Assembly (NCBI GenBank): GCA_016218585.1
Contig: JACRDK010000006.1
Span: 1,823-65,822, forward strand
Reading direction: 5' to 3'
Length of the DNA stretch: 64,000 nucleotides
Origin: Candidatus Doudnabacteria bacterium
GTDB taxonomy: Bacteria; Patescibacteriota; Doudnabacteria; UBA920
In this document: in pieces, positions 9,146-18,233 of the stretch
Layout: each line of letters begins with the position of its first letter
Numbering within the stretch: position 1 is the stretch's first letter
Notes under the pieces: generated by a model
Told to the model about the DNA's origin: nothing
Databases searched by the model: none
What the model saw: only the letters and a program-made list of their open reading frames with translations
Made by a program: the position numbers and the translations under genes

Positions 9146-9487
9146 ATGAACGAATTTGAAGGCAGTGAAAACCCATTTAAGGATTTAGAAGAAAAAACCA
9201 AGCCTCATTACATCGAGGAAATGAGAAACTTCATACTTGTAGCTTACTTTGGAGAAGAAGTCTATAATAAATTTCTTGATTTAAATAAAGACTACGATGA
9301 AAGTGATGATCTCCTCAAAGAAGTAGGCAAGATGGAAAAGGACTTGGGGAATTTAGATTCAGAGGAACAACTTATTTCTTACGCAGAAGATCGTGGAATA
9401 CTTATTAGCGCGGAAGATTTAGCAATCATACAAAGCAGGGCATTAGATAATTTAAGCTTCGATTCATCATCGGAAGAAGAAAATTAA
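9146..9487 (+). CDS. Hypothetical acidic protein
   Basis: 113-aa ORF starting 3 nt after the atpG stop. No recognised motif. Confidence 0.55.
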   Translation: MNEFEGSENPFKDLEEKTKPHYIEEMRNFILVAYFGEEVYNKFLDLNKDYDESDDLLKEVGKMEKDLGNLDSEEQLISYAEDRGILISAEDLAIIQSRALDNLSFDSSSEEEN

Positions 9488-9494
9488 TAATTTA

Positions 9495-10966
<1,472 letters not shown>

Positions 10967-10969
10967 TCT

Positions 10970-11102
10970 TGCAAATTAACCTAATTATTAATTATTTTAA
11001 GTGCTCTAAATAAATACTAATCCCCAATTTATAAATATTTGACATTCAGTATTGGGTATTATTTAGGATAATTAGGTCAATTAGAATAATTAAAATAATT
11101 TA
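10970..11102. repeat. Two-arm AT-rich inverted repeat element, copy 2
   Basis: Colinear with 5761-5894. Confidence 0.75.
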
Positions 11103-11127
11103 CAATTTTATTTAGCAAACAAACAAC

Positions 11128-11580
11128 ATGAATAACATATCCTTTAAATTAGTAACCCCCGAACGCACTGTTCTAGACCAGGAACTGGTGAGTTTAACTT
11201 GTCCGACAACTTTAGGACAAATTACCATCCTGCCTGGGCACGCCAGCCTTGTGGCAACCCTTATTCCCGGGGAACTCCATGCCAGAACCGGCAAAGATGA
11301 CTTCTATATTTTTGTCTCCGGCGGATTTGTTCAAGTTAATCCAAACAGCGAGGTTATTGTTTTAGCAGACTCTGCCGAACATCATCACGAAATTGACCTG
11401 AAGCGCGCTGAAGAAGCCCGCGCCAGAGCGCAAAAAGCCCTTACTGAACAAAAACTTTCCGACGAAGAATATGCAAAAGTTGCCGCGGCGCTGGAAAGAA
11501 GCACTGGAAGATTAAATATAAAGCGCAAACACTCTCATAGAAAAAATCCTCTCGCCGGCGAAGCGGTGTTTAAAGAATAA
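11128..11580 (+). CDS. atpC: ATP synthase F1 subunit epsilon
   Basis: LVTPER, GQITILPGH, SGGFVQV, IDLKRAEEARARA. Confidence 0.95.
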   Translation: MNNISFKLVTPERTVLDQELVSLTCPTTLGQITILPGHASLVATLIPGELHARTGKDDFYIFVSGGFVQVNPNSEVIVLADSAEHHHEIDLKRAEEARARAQKALTEQKLSDEEYAKVAAALERSTGRLNIKRKHSHRKNPLAGEAVFKE

Positions 11581-11596
11581 TTCAAATAATTTTTGT

Positions 11597-12307
11597 ATGA
11601 GATACTACTTTCTTGCGCATACAAAATTAGAAAAGTTTGGAGAAAAAATATTTTTCACGCTTGTGGAAAACTTTTCCCAAACTTTTTTTGTTGGCGGGGC
11701 AGTTCGCGACCTTCTGCTAAAGAAAAGCGTAACGGATATTGATATTGCAACTGAAGCAAGCCCGGATGAGGTCCTAAAATTGCTGGATGCCGCCGGCATT
11801 TTACACGACGACAGTTATAAAAATTTTGGTGTAATAGTTGCTAAGCAGGGGAGTCTAAAAGTAGAAATCGCAACCTTACGGAAAGACCTGAAGACTGCGG
11901 GACGCTATCCAAAAACCAAGTTTGTTAAGAGTGCCAAAATAGACAGTCAAAGAAGAGACTTTACTATAAATGCCTTATATTTAAGCCTAAAAACTAATGA
12001 AATTTTAGACTTTCACAACGGTCTGATAGATTTAAAGAGTAGGGTTTTAAGATTTATTGGCAAACCTGAAAAACGCATAGCAGAAGACCCATTAAGAATT
12101 ATTAGGGCATTAAGATTCTCTTTGGTTTTAAATTTTAAATTAGAAAAAAAATCTTTTTTTGCCTTAAAAAAATATTTTTACTCAGTTAAAAATTTAACTT
12201 TGACAAGAATTAACAAAGAGCTTGAAAAAATCTCTGACAAAAAAATAAAATTACTTTTGAAAAGCGTGCTTGACAACAAAAAAGTTCTTGACAAACATTT
12301 TAAATAG
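11597..12307 (+). CDS. cca: CCA-adding tRNA nucleotidyltransferase, class II (short)
   Basis: VGGAVRD, DIDIAT, RRDFTINAL, EDPLRIIRALRF. Confidence 0.82.
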   Translation: MRYYFLAHTKLEKFGEKIFFTLVENFSQTFFVGGAVRDLLLKKSVTDIDIATEASPDEVLKLLDAAGILHDDSYKNFGVIVAKQGSLKVEIATLRKDLKTAGRYPKTKFVKSAKIDSQRRDFTINALYLSLKTNEILDFHNGLIDLKSRVLRFIGKPEKRIAEDPLRIIRALRFSLVLNFKLEKKSFFALKKYFYSVKNLTLTRINKELEKISDKKIKLLLKSVLDNKKVLDKHFK

Positions 12308-12316
12308 CGGTAGAAT
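12288..12316 (+). promoter_or_regulatory. Near-consensus sigma70 promoter
   Basis: TTGACA-17 nt-TAGAAT. Confidence 0.7.
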
Positions 12317-12474
12317 AAATTTATAGTTAGTAAAAGACAAAACGGAAACGAAAATCCTTGGGGGAAAAAACAGAAAATATTTTTTAGCACTACTCTCTTG
12401 GGAATAAATCCCAAAGGTAGAAAATTAAGAAGAGTTGACCAAAACTAGTTGGCTCTTCAGGGAGACTAGCCCAA

Positions 12475-12552
12475 ATGGCTACAAAGAAAAAAGCGAAGAA
12501 AAAAGTCGCCAAAAAGAAGACCACAAAAAAGTCTTCTAAGAAGCGCGCTTAA
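12475..12552 (+). CDS. 25-aa lysine-rich peptide (histone H1-like), not in ORF track
   Basis: MATKKKAKKKVAKKKTTKKSSKKRA, with AGGGAG SD upstream and its own promoter and terminator. Confidence 0.6.
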   Translation: MATKKKAKKKVAKKKTTKKSSKKRA

Positions 12553-12577
12553 TCTTCCAAGCTCTAAAAAGAGCAGC

Positions 12578-12608
12578 AAAAATCATCCTCAAAACTAGGA
12601 TGATTTTT
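12578..12608 (+). terminator. Intrinsic terminator
   Basis: AAAAATCATCCT-loop-AGGATGATTTTT. Confidence 0.65.
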
Positions 12609-12633
12609 GTTTTTAGAATGCCCAAGCAGTATC

Positions 12634-12662
12634 TTGCCAAATTTCAAAATATTAAGTATACT
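12634..12662 (+). promoter_or_regulatory. Sigma70 promoter of tRNA cluster
   Basis: TTGCCA-17 nt-TATACT. Confidence 0.6.
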
Positions 12663-12679
12663 ATATGGAGTTTGCATAT

Positions 12680-12755
12680 CGCGGGATAGAGCAATTGGCA
12701 GCTCGCAAGGCTCATAACCTTGAGGTTCCCGGTTCGAGTCCGGGTCCCGCAACCA
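12680..12755 (+). tRNA. Initiator tRNA-fMet(CAT)
   Basis: CGCGGG 5' end with C1:A72 mismatch, CTCATAA loop, encoded CCA. Confidence 0.93.
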
Positions 12756-12853
12756 AGCTAGCACTGGAGAGTATCAAGTTTTAACTTGGTGAAAAACCAT
12801 AAAATCGTGACAGATTTTAGCCTTCTGTCCGAAGGCTTTTTGTTAAAAAATGA

Positions 12854-12930
12854 GCCGGAGTAGCTCAGTTAGTTAGAGCGTGGGACTCATAAGCCCAAGG
12901 TCAGAGGTGCAATTCCTCTCTCCGGCACCA
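12854..12930 (+). tRNA. tRNA-Met/Ile2(CAT)
   Basis: GCCGGAG/CTCCGGC acceptor stem, CTCATAA loop, CCA. Elongator Met versus lysidine Ile could not be resolved by eye. Confidence 0.88.
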
Positions 12931-12933
12931 GTG

Positions 12934-13010
12934 GCAAGTTACAAGTTTATCAAGAATATAAAGTTCCTAGTACTTGATAAACCTTATAACTTTTTACCTT
13001 ACAACTTATA
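12934..13010. repeat. Two-arm tandem/inverted repeat spacer (CAAGTT/AACTT units), paralog of 42155-42245
   Basis: Shares CAAGTTTATCAAG and TACTTGAT.AAC.TTATAACTTT with 42155-42245. Confidence 0.65.
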
Positions 13011-13011
13011 C

Positions 13012-13084
13012 GGGACCGTAGCTCAATTGGTTACCCGCCCGAACGTACCGTTCGGTACGGGCGGGGAGCACTCGCCTGTCACGC
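13012..13084 (+). pseudogene. Duplicated 5' half of tRNA-Asp with 32-nt palindrome inserted in D-loop
   Basis: 13012-13033 plus 13066-13084 are identical to the first 41 nt of the tRNA at 13334. Insertion spans 13034-13065. Confidence 0.85.
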
Positions 13085-13097
13085 TTAAAGTTAAATT

Positions 13098-13356
13098 ATG
13101 TATACTGTATACATATTAAAAGATGGCTTAGGAAATCTATATAAAGGTTTTACTAATGACTTAGAAAGGAGATTTAAGGAACACAGGCAAGGTAGAACTA
13201 AAACAACTAAAAAAAATGGAGAGTCTCGAAATAATTTATACTGAGAATTTAAATTCGAGAATTGAGGCAAGAAAAAGAGAAAAGTATTTAAAATCAGCCG
13301 CAGGAAGAAGATTCCTGAAATCAATAGGTATATGGGACCGTAGCTCAATTGGTTAG
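13098..13356 (+). pseudogene. GIY-YIG nuclease family protein, frameshifted at A8 run (13209-13216)
   Basis: MYTVYIL..LYKGFTNDLERRFKEH, then in +1 frame EIIYTE..EARKREKYLKSAAGRRFLK. Stop TAG lies within tRNA-Asp. Confidence 0.8.
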
Positions 13357-13410
13357 AGCACTCGCCTGTCACGCGAGAGGTTACGGGTTCGAGCCCCGCC
13401 GGTCCCGCCA
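13334..13410 (+). tRNA. tRNA-Asp(GTC)
   Basis: GGGACCG/CGGTCCC acceptor stem, CTGTCAC loop, G73, CCA. Confidence 0.96.
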
Positions 13411-13443
13411 TTAAAAACCACCAATTATATTGGTGGTTTTTAA
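13411..13443 (+). terminator. Intrinsic terminator
   Basis: TTAAAAACCACCAAT-ATTGGTGGTTTTTAA. Confidence 0.7.
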
Positions 13444-13515
13444 TTATACCCAATGAGGCTCGAATAAAAGGCAAAAAGTGTTATAATTTAAAAGTAATAT
13501 TAACAAAATAAAAAC

Positions 13516-13899
13516 ATGATTTATGTAATAGAATTTATAATAGCCTTCATCGGCGGGTTTATTGTGGGGCTAATCAACAAGAACCTTGTTAAGGGGGTTA
13601 TTAACGGCTCAATGATATTACCGAAGCATAGACACTCACTTTATAGCGCCGGTGATTATGAAAAGCTGGGAGGTTTTCGATCCAAATTTCTTGGAATTTT
13701 TATGCTTTTAGCGTCAATTGCCATAGTGGGCATTTTGCTTTATGATCTCATACTTCTAAAACCCTTTATTGATAACTTTGGCGATCCTGCTTTTTATTTA
13801 AAGTTGTTAGGTTTTATAGTTGGTATATATTACGGAGTTAAAATTATTTCAGGCACAATAAGACAGCAAATGGACATCAAGGACGAGGGTTTAAAATAA
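13516..13899 (+). CDS. Hypothetical membrane protein (3 TM)
   Basis: Hydrophobic segments, upstream extended -10 TGTTATAAT. Confidence 0.6.
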   Translation: MIYVIEFIIAFIGGFIVGLINKNLVKGVINGSMILPKHRHSLYSAGDYEKLGGFRSKFLGIFMLLASIAIVGILLYDLILLKPFIDNFGDPAFYLKLLGFIVGIYYGVKIISGTIRQQMDIKDEGLK

Positions 13900-13991
13900 A
13901 TATCCTAATATAATTTTTGAATAAATTTTGGCACCTCAAACCATTCTGGATGTTTATAGTGATATAATGAGGTTAAATAACTAAAACTACT

Positions 13992-14426
13992 ATGACATTA
14001 AACAAAAAAATAAGTCTTGGGGTAATAATTCTGCTTTTAATTGTTGCCGGAATTTCTGTTTATTTTAAATATCAAAAGAAAGACGCTGCGCCGGAGCAAA
14101 CAATAAAGTCTTCATATAAGCCCAACAAAATAGATGTGGTGGACAAAACAAACCTCCCGGCAGGAGAAAAAGACCAAGTAACAAAAGCGGTTGACGACTT
14201 TATGAATCAATACAAGCTGCCGCATAGCGAAACACAGAATGCTTATGTCCTACAAATAGAAAAACGTTTAAATGACGCCTTAGAAGTTAAAACTGATCCG
14301 GATAAAGCAAAGAGCGACACCAATACAACAATATATTTAAGAAAGACTAACAATCAATGGGAAGTAGATAAAACTGCTGGGCCGTGGTGCACACTGGAAG
14401 AATTTGAGCAAAATAATTGCAATTAA
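13992..14426 (+). CDS. Hypothetical membrane-anchored protein
   Basis: N-terminal TM/signal, C-terminal Cys pair, upstream TGATATAAT. Confidence 0.6.
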   Translation: MTLNKKISLGVIILLLIVAGISVYFKYQKKDAAPEQTIKSSYKPNKIDVVDKTNLPAGEKDQVTKAVDDFMNQYKLPHSETQNAYVLQIEKRLNDALEVKTDPDKAKSDTNTTIYLRKTNNQWEVDKTAGPWCTLEEFEQNNCN

Positions 14427-14443
14427 ATACTTAAAAATGTTCA

Positions 14444-14472
14444 AGGCCGGACAACGAGGAGTTGTCCGGCCT
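14444..14472. terminator. GC-rich hairpin between convergent genes
   Basis: AGGCCGGACAAC-GAGGA-GTTGTCCGGCCT. Confidence 0.55.
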
Positions 14473-14490
14473 AAAGTAGCAACGCAGATG

Positions 14491-14871
14491 CTAACCAACA
14501 TACCTGGGCTTACGGTCCGCAACCTTAAAACAGGCAGACCATTCCGACGCGCCTTTCCGCTCATGGAAACCGCCGCCATCCAGCTCGGCATCGCCCAACA
14601 CCAGTAGAATCTGCCGCACGTGAAGGTTATACAAATCCATTGCCCGATAAAGCTCTTTGGTCTTTGGATTGATTGGTTTCGGAGATTTTAGCATCCTTTG
14701 GCCTTTCTGATCCAAAGTTCCTTCAAAAAATGTCTGGACAAACGGAGTGCCAGGACCGTTTACCTGTTGGTATACTATCCTAATTTTACTCACGTGTCCG
14801 AGAAGCTTCCTAAGCCTGTTCTTCTTGAGCCTTTTTTTCTTCTCTTCTGCCGTTTCCGTTTTCACCTTCAT
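14491..14871 (-). CDS. Hypothetical basic protein
   Basis: Start MKVKTE preceded by a strong SD GGGAGGAG and TGGTATAAT. Confidence 0.55.
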   Translation of the reverse strand: MKVKTETAEEKKKRLKKNRLRKLLGHVSKIRIVYQQVNGPGTPFVQTFFEGTLDQKGQRMLKSPKPINPKTKELYRAMDLYNLHVRQILLVLGDAELDGGGFHERKGASEWSACFKVADRKPRYVG

Positions 14872-14920
14872 ACTCCTCCCTTTCTTTTCCAGGCACTGAT
14901 TATACCAAATATTTTGCAAA

Positions 14921-14953
14921 TTTAAAAGACCCTTATTATTAGGGTCTTTTAAA
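14921..14953. terminator. Symmetric terminator hairpin
   Basis: TTTAAAAGACCCT-AGGGTCTTTTAAA. Confidence 0.6.
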
Positions 14954-14976
14954 TTAGAAACCGCAATTATTCTTAA

Positions 14977-15168
14977 TTACCCATGAAAATCCGGAGGTAC
15001 CGGGTGATTAACAATTCGCCCTGTTGCTGGAGGCTCATTGTCCGAGGGCTCCACAAGAGACCTTTCGGCAGCAGCATTAGCCAAATCAGGGTTTCGGTCC
15101 GCAAAGGCTTCAAAATCTTTGCCTGTAAGGTTGTGATTTATCCCTTCCTCAACATTGTTTCTTGACAT
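14977..15168 (-). CDS. Small hypothetical protein
   Basis: 63-aa ORF followed by a terminator, divergent from rmuC. Confidence 0.4.
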   Translation of the reverse strand: MSRNNVEEGINHNLTGKDFEAFADRNPDLANAAAERSLVEPSDNEPPATGRIVNHPVPPDFHG

Positions 15169-15215
15169 GGTTATTTATGTTTAACTTAATGATACTTTTA
15201 TGATAAACTATATTT

Positions 15216-16238
15216 ATGAATTCAACAATATTATATCTCATTTTAGGTGTATTTTTAGCCGGGTTTGGGGTTTTGGTTTACATTATTATCGGTCTTAAAA
15301 AACAAGCTGAAAAACCAAGCGACGACCAGTCATTAAAGATAATGATGGAGTGGATGAAGGAAATTAAGCAGGGAACAGATACAACCCGCGAAGGCGTGCA
15401 AAAAAGCATTAACGAAACAAACAAGGCAATTAATGAGAGGCTAGATAACGCCGGCCGGGTCATTGCCCAATTAACCAAAGAACTTGGCGGCATTTCTCAG
15501 GTAGGGCCGGATATTCGCCGTTTAACCGAGACCTTAGCCAGCCCAAAGTTGCGCGGCAACTTTGGTGAAGAAATGCTGGAAAATATGTTGTCCCAGGCGC
15601 TGCCTAAAAGCGGTTTTGAAATTCAGCATAAATTTAAAAACGGAGAGGTTGTAGATGCCATTATTTACGTTGGCGAAAAAATTCTGCCCATAGACAGCAA
15701 ATTCAGCATGGAAAACTTTAGGCTATACAAGGAAGCCACCACCGAAGAAGCAGCTGAAGCGCTTAAAAAAACATTTTTAAAAGATGTAAAAAAGCGCATT
15801 GACGAAATCCACAAGAAATACATCTTACCTCAAGAAAATACTTTTGATTTTGCCTTAATGTACATTCCTTCGGAAGGAGTCTTTAGCGAAGTTTTGGACG
15901 ACAGCAATACCTTAACCTACGGCCGCGATAAAAAGGTTTATTTTGTTAGCCCCAACACCCTTTACCACCATTTGCAAATTATTTTACTGTCTTTGCGCGG
16001 ACAAAAAGTGAACCAGGCCGCCCAACAAATATTGGCAATGATTTCCGGAATTAAACAGGAGTCGGATAAATTTGGCCGCAACCTGGAAGTATTAGGCAAC
16101 CATATTAAAAATGCGGGCAACACTATGGGCACGGTAACTAATGACTTTGCCAAATTAAAAACCAGCATTACCAATGCCTCGTCTTTAAAATTAGAAGATG
16201 CTAAAGAGCCGGCAATAGTACAAAAGCTTTTAGACTAA
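15216..16238 (+). CDS. rmuC: DNA recombination protein RmuC
   Basis: N-terminal TM, PKLRGNFGEEMLE, PIDSKF, DFALMYIPSEG, VSPNTL. Confidence 0.9.
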   Translation: MNSTILYLILGVFLAGFGVLVYIIIGLKKQAEKPSDDQSLKIMMEWMKEIKQGTDTTREGVQKSINETNKAINERLDNAGRVIAQLTKELGGISQVGPDIRRLTETLASPKLRGNFGEEMLENMLSQALPKSGFEIQHKFKNGEVVDAIIYVGEKILPIDSKFSMENFRLYKEATTEEAAEALKKTFLKDVKKRIDEIHKKYILPQENTFDFALMYIPSEGVFSEVLDDSNTLTYGRDKKVYFVSPNTLYHHLQIILLSLRGQKVNQAAQQILAMISGIKQESDKFGRNLEVLGNHIKNAGNTMGTVTNDFAKLKTSITNASSLKLEDAKEPAIVQKLLD

Positions 16239-16240
16239 AT

Positions 16241-16725
16241 CTACAAAACTTCGAAAATACGAATCTACAAATGACTACAAATTTTCACCAACCAAACGTA
16301 GTTCAAAATAATAAAGTTTTATATAAAGACTTAAGCTATAAAATCGGGGGCATATTTTTTGAAGTTCATAAGGAGTTAGGTTCATTTGCACGTGAAAAAC
16401 AATATTGTGATTTATTTGAACAAAAATTAAAGGAGCAAGCTGTTAAATACAAACGCGAACTAAGACTTGGCGATTCTGGAAATATTGTTGATTTTGAAAT
16501 TGACGATAAAATTATTATTGATTTAAAGCTGTCCCGTTTCTAACATCAGAACATTATAACCAGGTGAAAAGATATCTTTATCAAACCGGTTTTTCATTGG
16601 GCTTATTAGTAAATTTTAGAGACAAACGTATTAACGCTAAACGGATTTTAAATATTAACAATTTACGTAATTCTGCAGAGCATTTGTAGTCATTTGTAGA
16701 ATTAGTAAAATTTGAGGTTTTGTAG
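16241..16725. mobile_element. Putative inverted-arm element carrying GxxExxY gene
   Basis: About 43-bp arms at 16241-16282 and 16682-16725, with a 19-bp perfect inverted core TCTACAAATGACTACAAAT. Confidence 0.6.
16271..16689 (+). pseudogene. GxxExxY family (PD-(D/E)XK-like) protein with -1 frameshift at 16522-16528
   Basis: HKELGSFAREKQY..VDFEIDDKIIIDLK, continuing in the -1 frame as AVPFLTSEHYNQVKRYL..LGLLVNF to TAG 16689. Confidence 0.8.
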
Positions 16726-16729
16726 TTTT

Positions 16730-17239
16730 ATGTCTATCCGAAACGCAGATCAAAGAGTAGGAGTATTTGTAGATGTGCAAAATTTATATTACTCGGCGCG
16801 GAATATTTATTCTGCCAGAGTTAAATTTAATGAGGTTTTAGACGCGGCTGTTGCCGGACGAAAACTTATTCGCGCCATTGCTTATGTAGTTGAAGCCAAC
16901 ATGCCGGAAGAAGAAAGTTTTTTTGAAGCTTTGGAAAAAGCCGGTTTTGAAGTTAAACGAAAAGAGCTTCAAACTTTTGCCGGAGGGCATCAAAAAGGGG
17001 ATTGGGACGTAGGCATTGCTATGGATATAGTGAAATTAATGAATAAATTAGACGTGGTGGTGCTTTGCAGCGGCGACGGCGACTATGCGCCATTGCTGGA
17101 ATATATGCAGATGTCAGGCCAGTTTACCGAGACTGTGGCCTTCGGCAAAAGCTGCAGCGGCAAAATAAAAGAGCTGACCGATTATTTTATTGACTTGGAC
17201 GAAAACCCAAGAAAATATTTAATGCCAATAAAAAAGTAA
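16730..17239 (+). CDS. NYN domain protein (LabA/DUF88, PIN-like fold)
   Basis: VFVDVQNLY, KGDWDVGIAMD, LCSGDGDY. Confidence 0.88.
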   Translation: MSIRNADQRVGVFVDVQNLYYSARNIYSARVKFNEVLDAAVAGRKLIRAIAYVVEANMPEEESFFEALEKAGFEVKRKELQTFAGGHQKGDWDVGIAMDIVKLMNKLDVVVLCSGDGDYAPLLEYMQMSGQFTETVAFGKSCSGKIKELTDYFIDLDENPRKYLMPIKK

Positions 17240-17322
17240 AGATTGAATTAATATTAAAACAACCAACTGGAAAAGTTTTATACACGAGCCTCTTAATATT
17301 AATTATTTAAGCAAACAAAAAT

Positions 17323-17796
17323 ATGAAATCGGGATTTTACAGGCCAGACTCCGAGCAAGCCAAGCGCTTCATTGAGCAGACGGACAAGGCAGCGAAGAGC
17401 GCCGAATCTGAAACACCAGAACTTAAGAAAACACCTGTCGGGGATTTTGGTGTCAATATAGGAACTCAGGAGGGCACAAAAAATCCCAGGCAACAAGAAT
17501 CCAAGCCCCGGAGAAAAAATTATCCTGCTGAAAGAAAGCCAGCGATTCAAATAAACATACAAGAAATAGACAAAGCTTGCTCCTATATTGCGGAACAAAT
17601 CTTAACGGAAAAGGACAAAATAATTACTCTCAGTTCTTTGTATGACATTGTCGCGCGAACGTTTCCAGAACTGGATATAAAAAACGAAACTGTTAAAAGA
17701 CTCTTAAAAACAAGGCTTCCAAGATTTGGTGTTAGCAGAAAAGAAAAAGATGAGCTTATAAAACAACCTTACTATGAAAACAGTAATAGACACTAA
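17323..17796 (+). CDS. Hypothetical protein (possible antitoxin, overlaps PIN gene)
   Basis: 157-aa ORF with disordered N-terminus and helical C-terminus. Confidence 0.55.
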   Translation: MKSGFYRPDSEQAKRFIEQTDKAAKSAESETPELKKTPVGDFGVNIGTQEGTKNPRQQESKPRRKNYPAERKPAIQINIQEIDKACSYIAEQILTEKDKIITLSSLYDIVARTFPELDIKNETVKRLLKTRLPRFGVSRKEKDELIKQPYYENSNRH

Positions 17797-18226
17797 CGTC
17801 CTTATAAATGGATTTAAAGATGAGTATTCCTACGAAAAAAGAATAATTGACGCGGTTATAGGGGGAGAAATTAAAGCTTTTGCCAACCGCCAAACTTTGC
17901 GCGAGAATAAATTAATATCCTCCCAACTGATTGATAATGATGACTACCACGGAGAATTGGAAAAATTATTCTCTAAAATTAATTGGGTTGTTAACAAACG
18001 GCAAATTAATGTTGTGCGAGACCCGGAAGACAATAAAATTCTGGAAAGCGCCGTTGAAGCAAATGCTGAATATTTAATTACAAGCGACAATGATTTACTA
18101 ATGTTGGAAAAATTTCAAGGCATTCAAATTGTCACCCCTCAGCAATTTTGGAATGTTTACCAAGACCACGACAATGACTTATGGAAACAGTGGACGAATT
18201 TTATTACTAAAGACAGAACCAAATAA
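17774..18226 (+). CDS. PIN-domain protein (putative toxin)
   Basis: VIDTNVLI, RDPEDNKILESA, ITSDNDLL. Confidence 0.85.
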   Translation: MKTVIDTNVLINGFKDEYSYEKRIIDAVIGGEIKAFANRQTLRENKLISSQLIDNDDYHGELEKLFSKINWVVNKRQINVVRDPEDNKILESAVEANAEYLITSDNDLLMLEKFQGIQIVTPQQFWNVYQDHDNDLWKQWTNFITKDRTK

Positions 18227-18233
18227 TTTTACA

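Noticed and set aside
13012-13410. Group I or tRNA intron, or prophage att site
   Set aside because: The downstream tRNA is complete on its own, no intron core was recognised, and there is no integrase.
12564-13474. ORFs 12564..12764(-), 12880..13119(+), 13091..13474(-)
   Set aside because: Shadow frames over tRNA genes and the GIY-YIG remnant.
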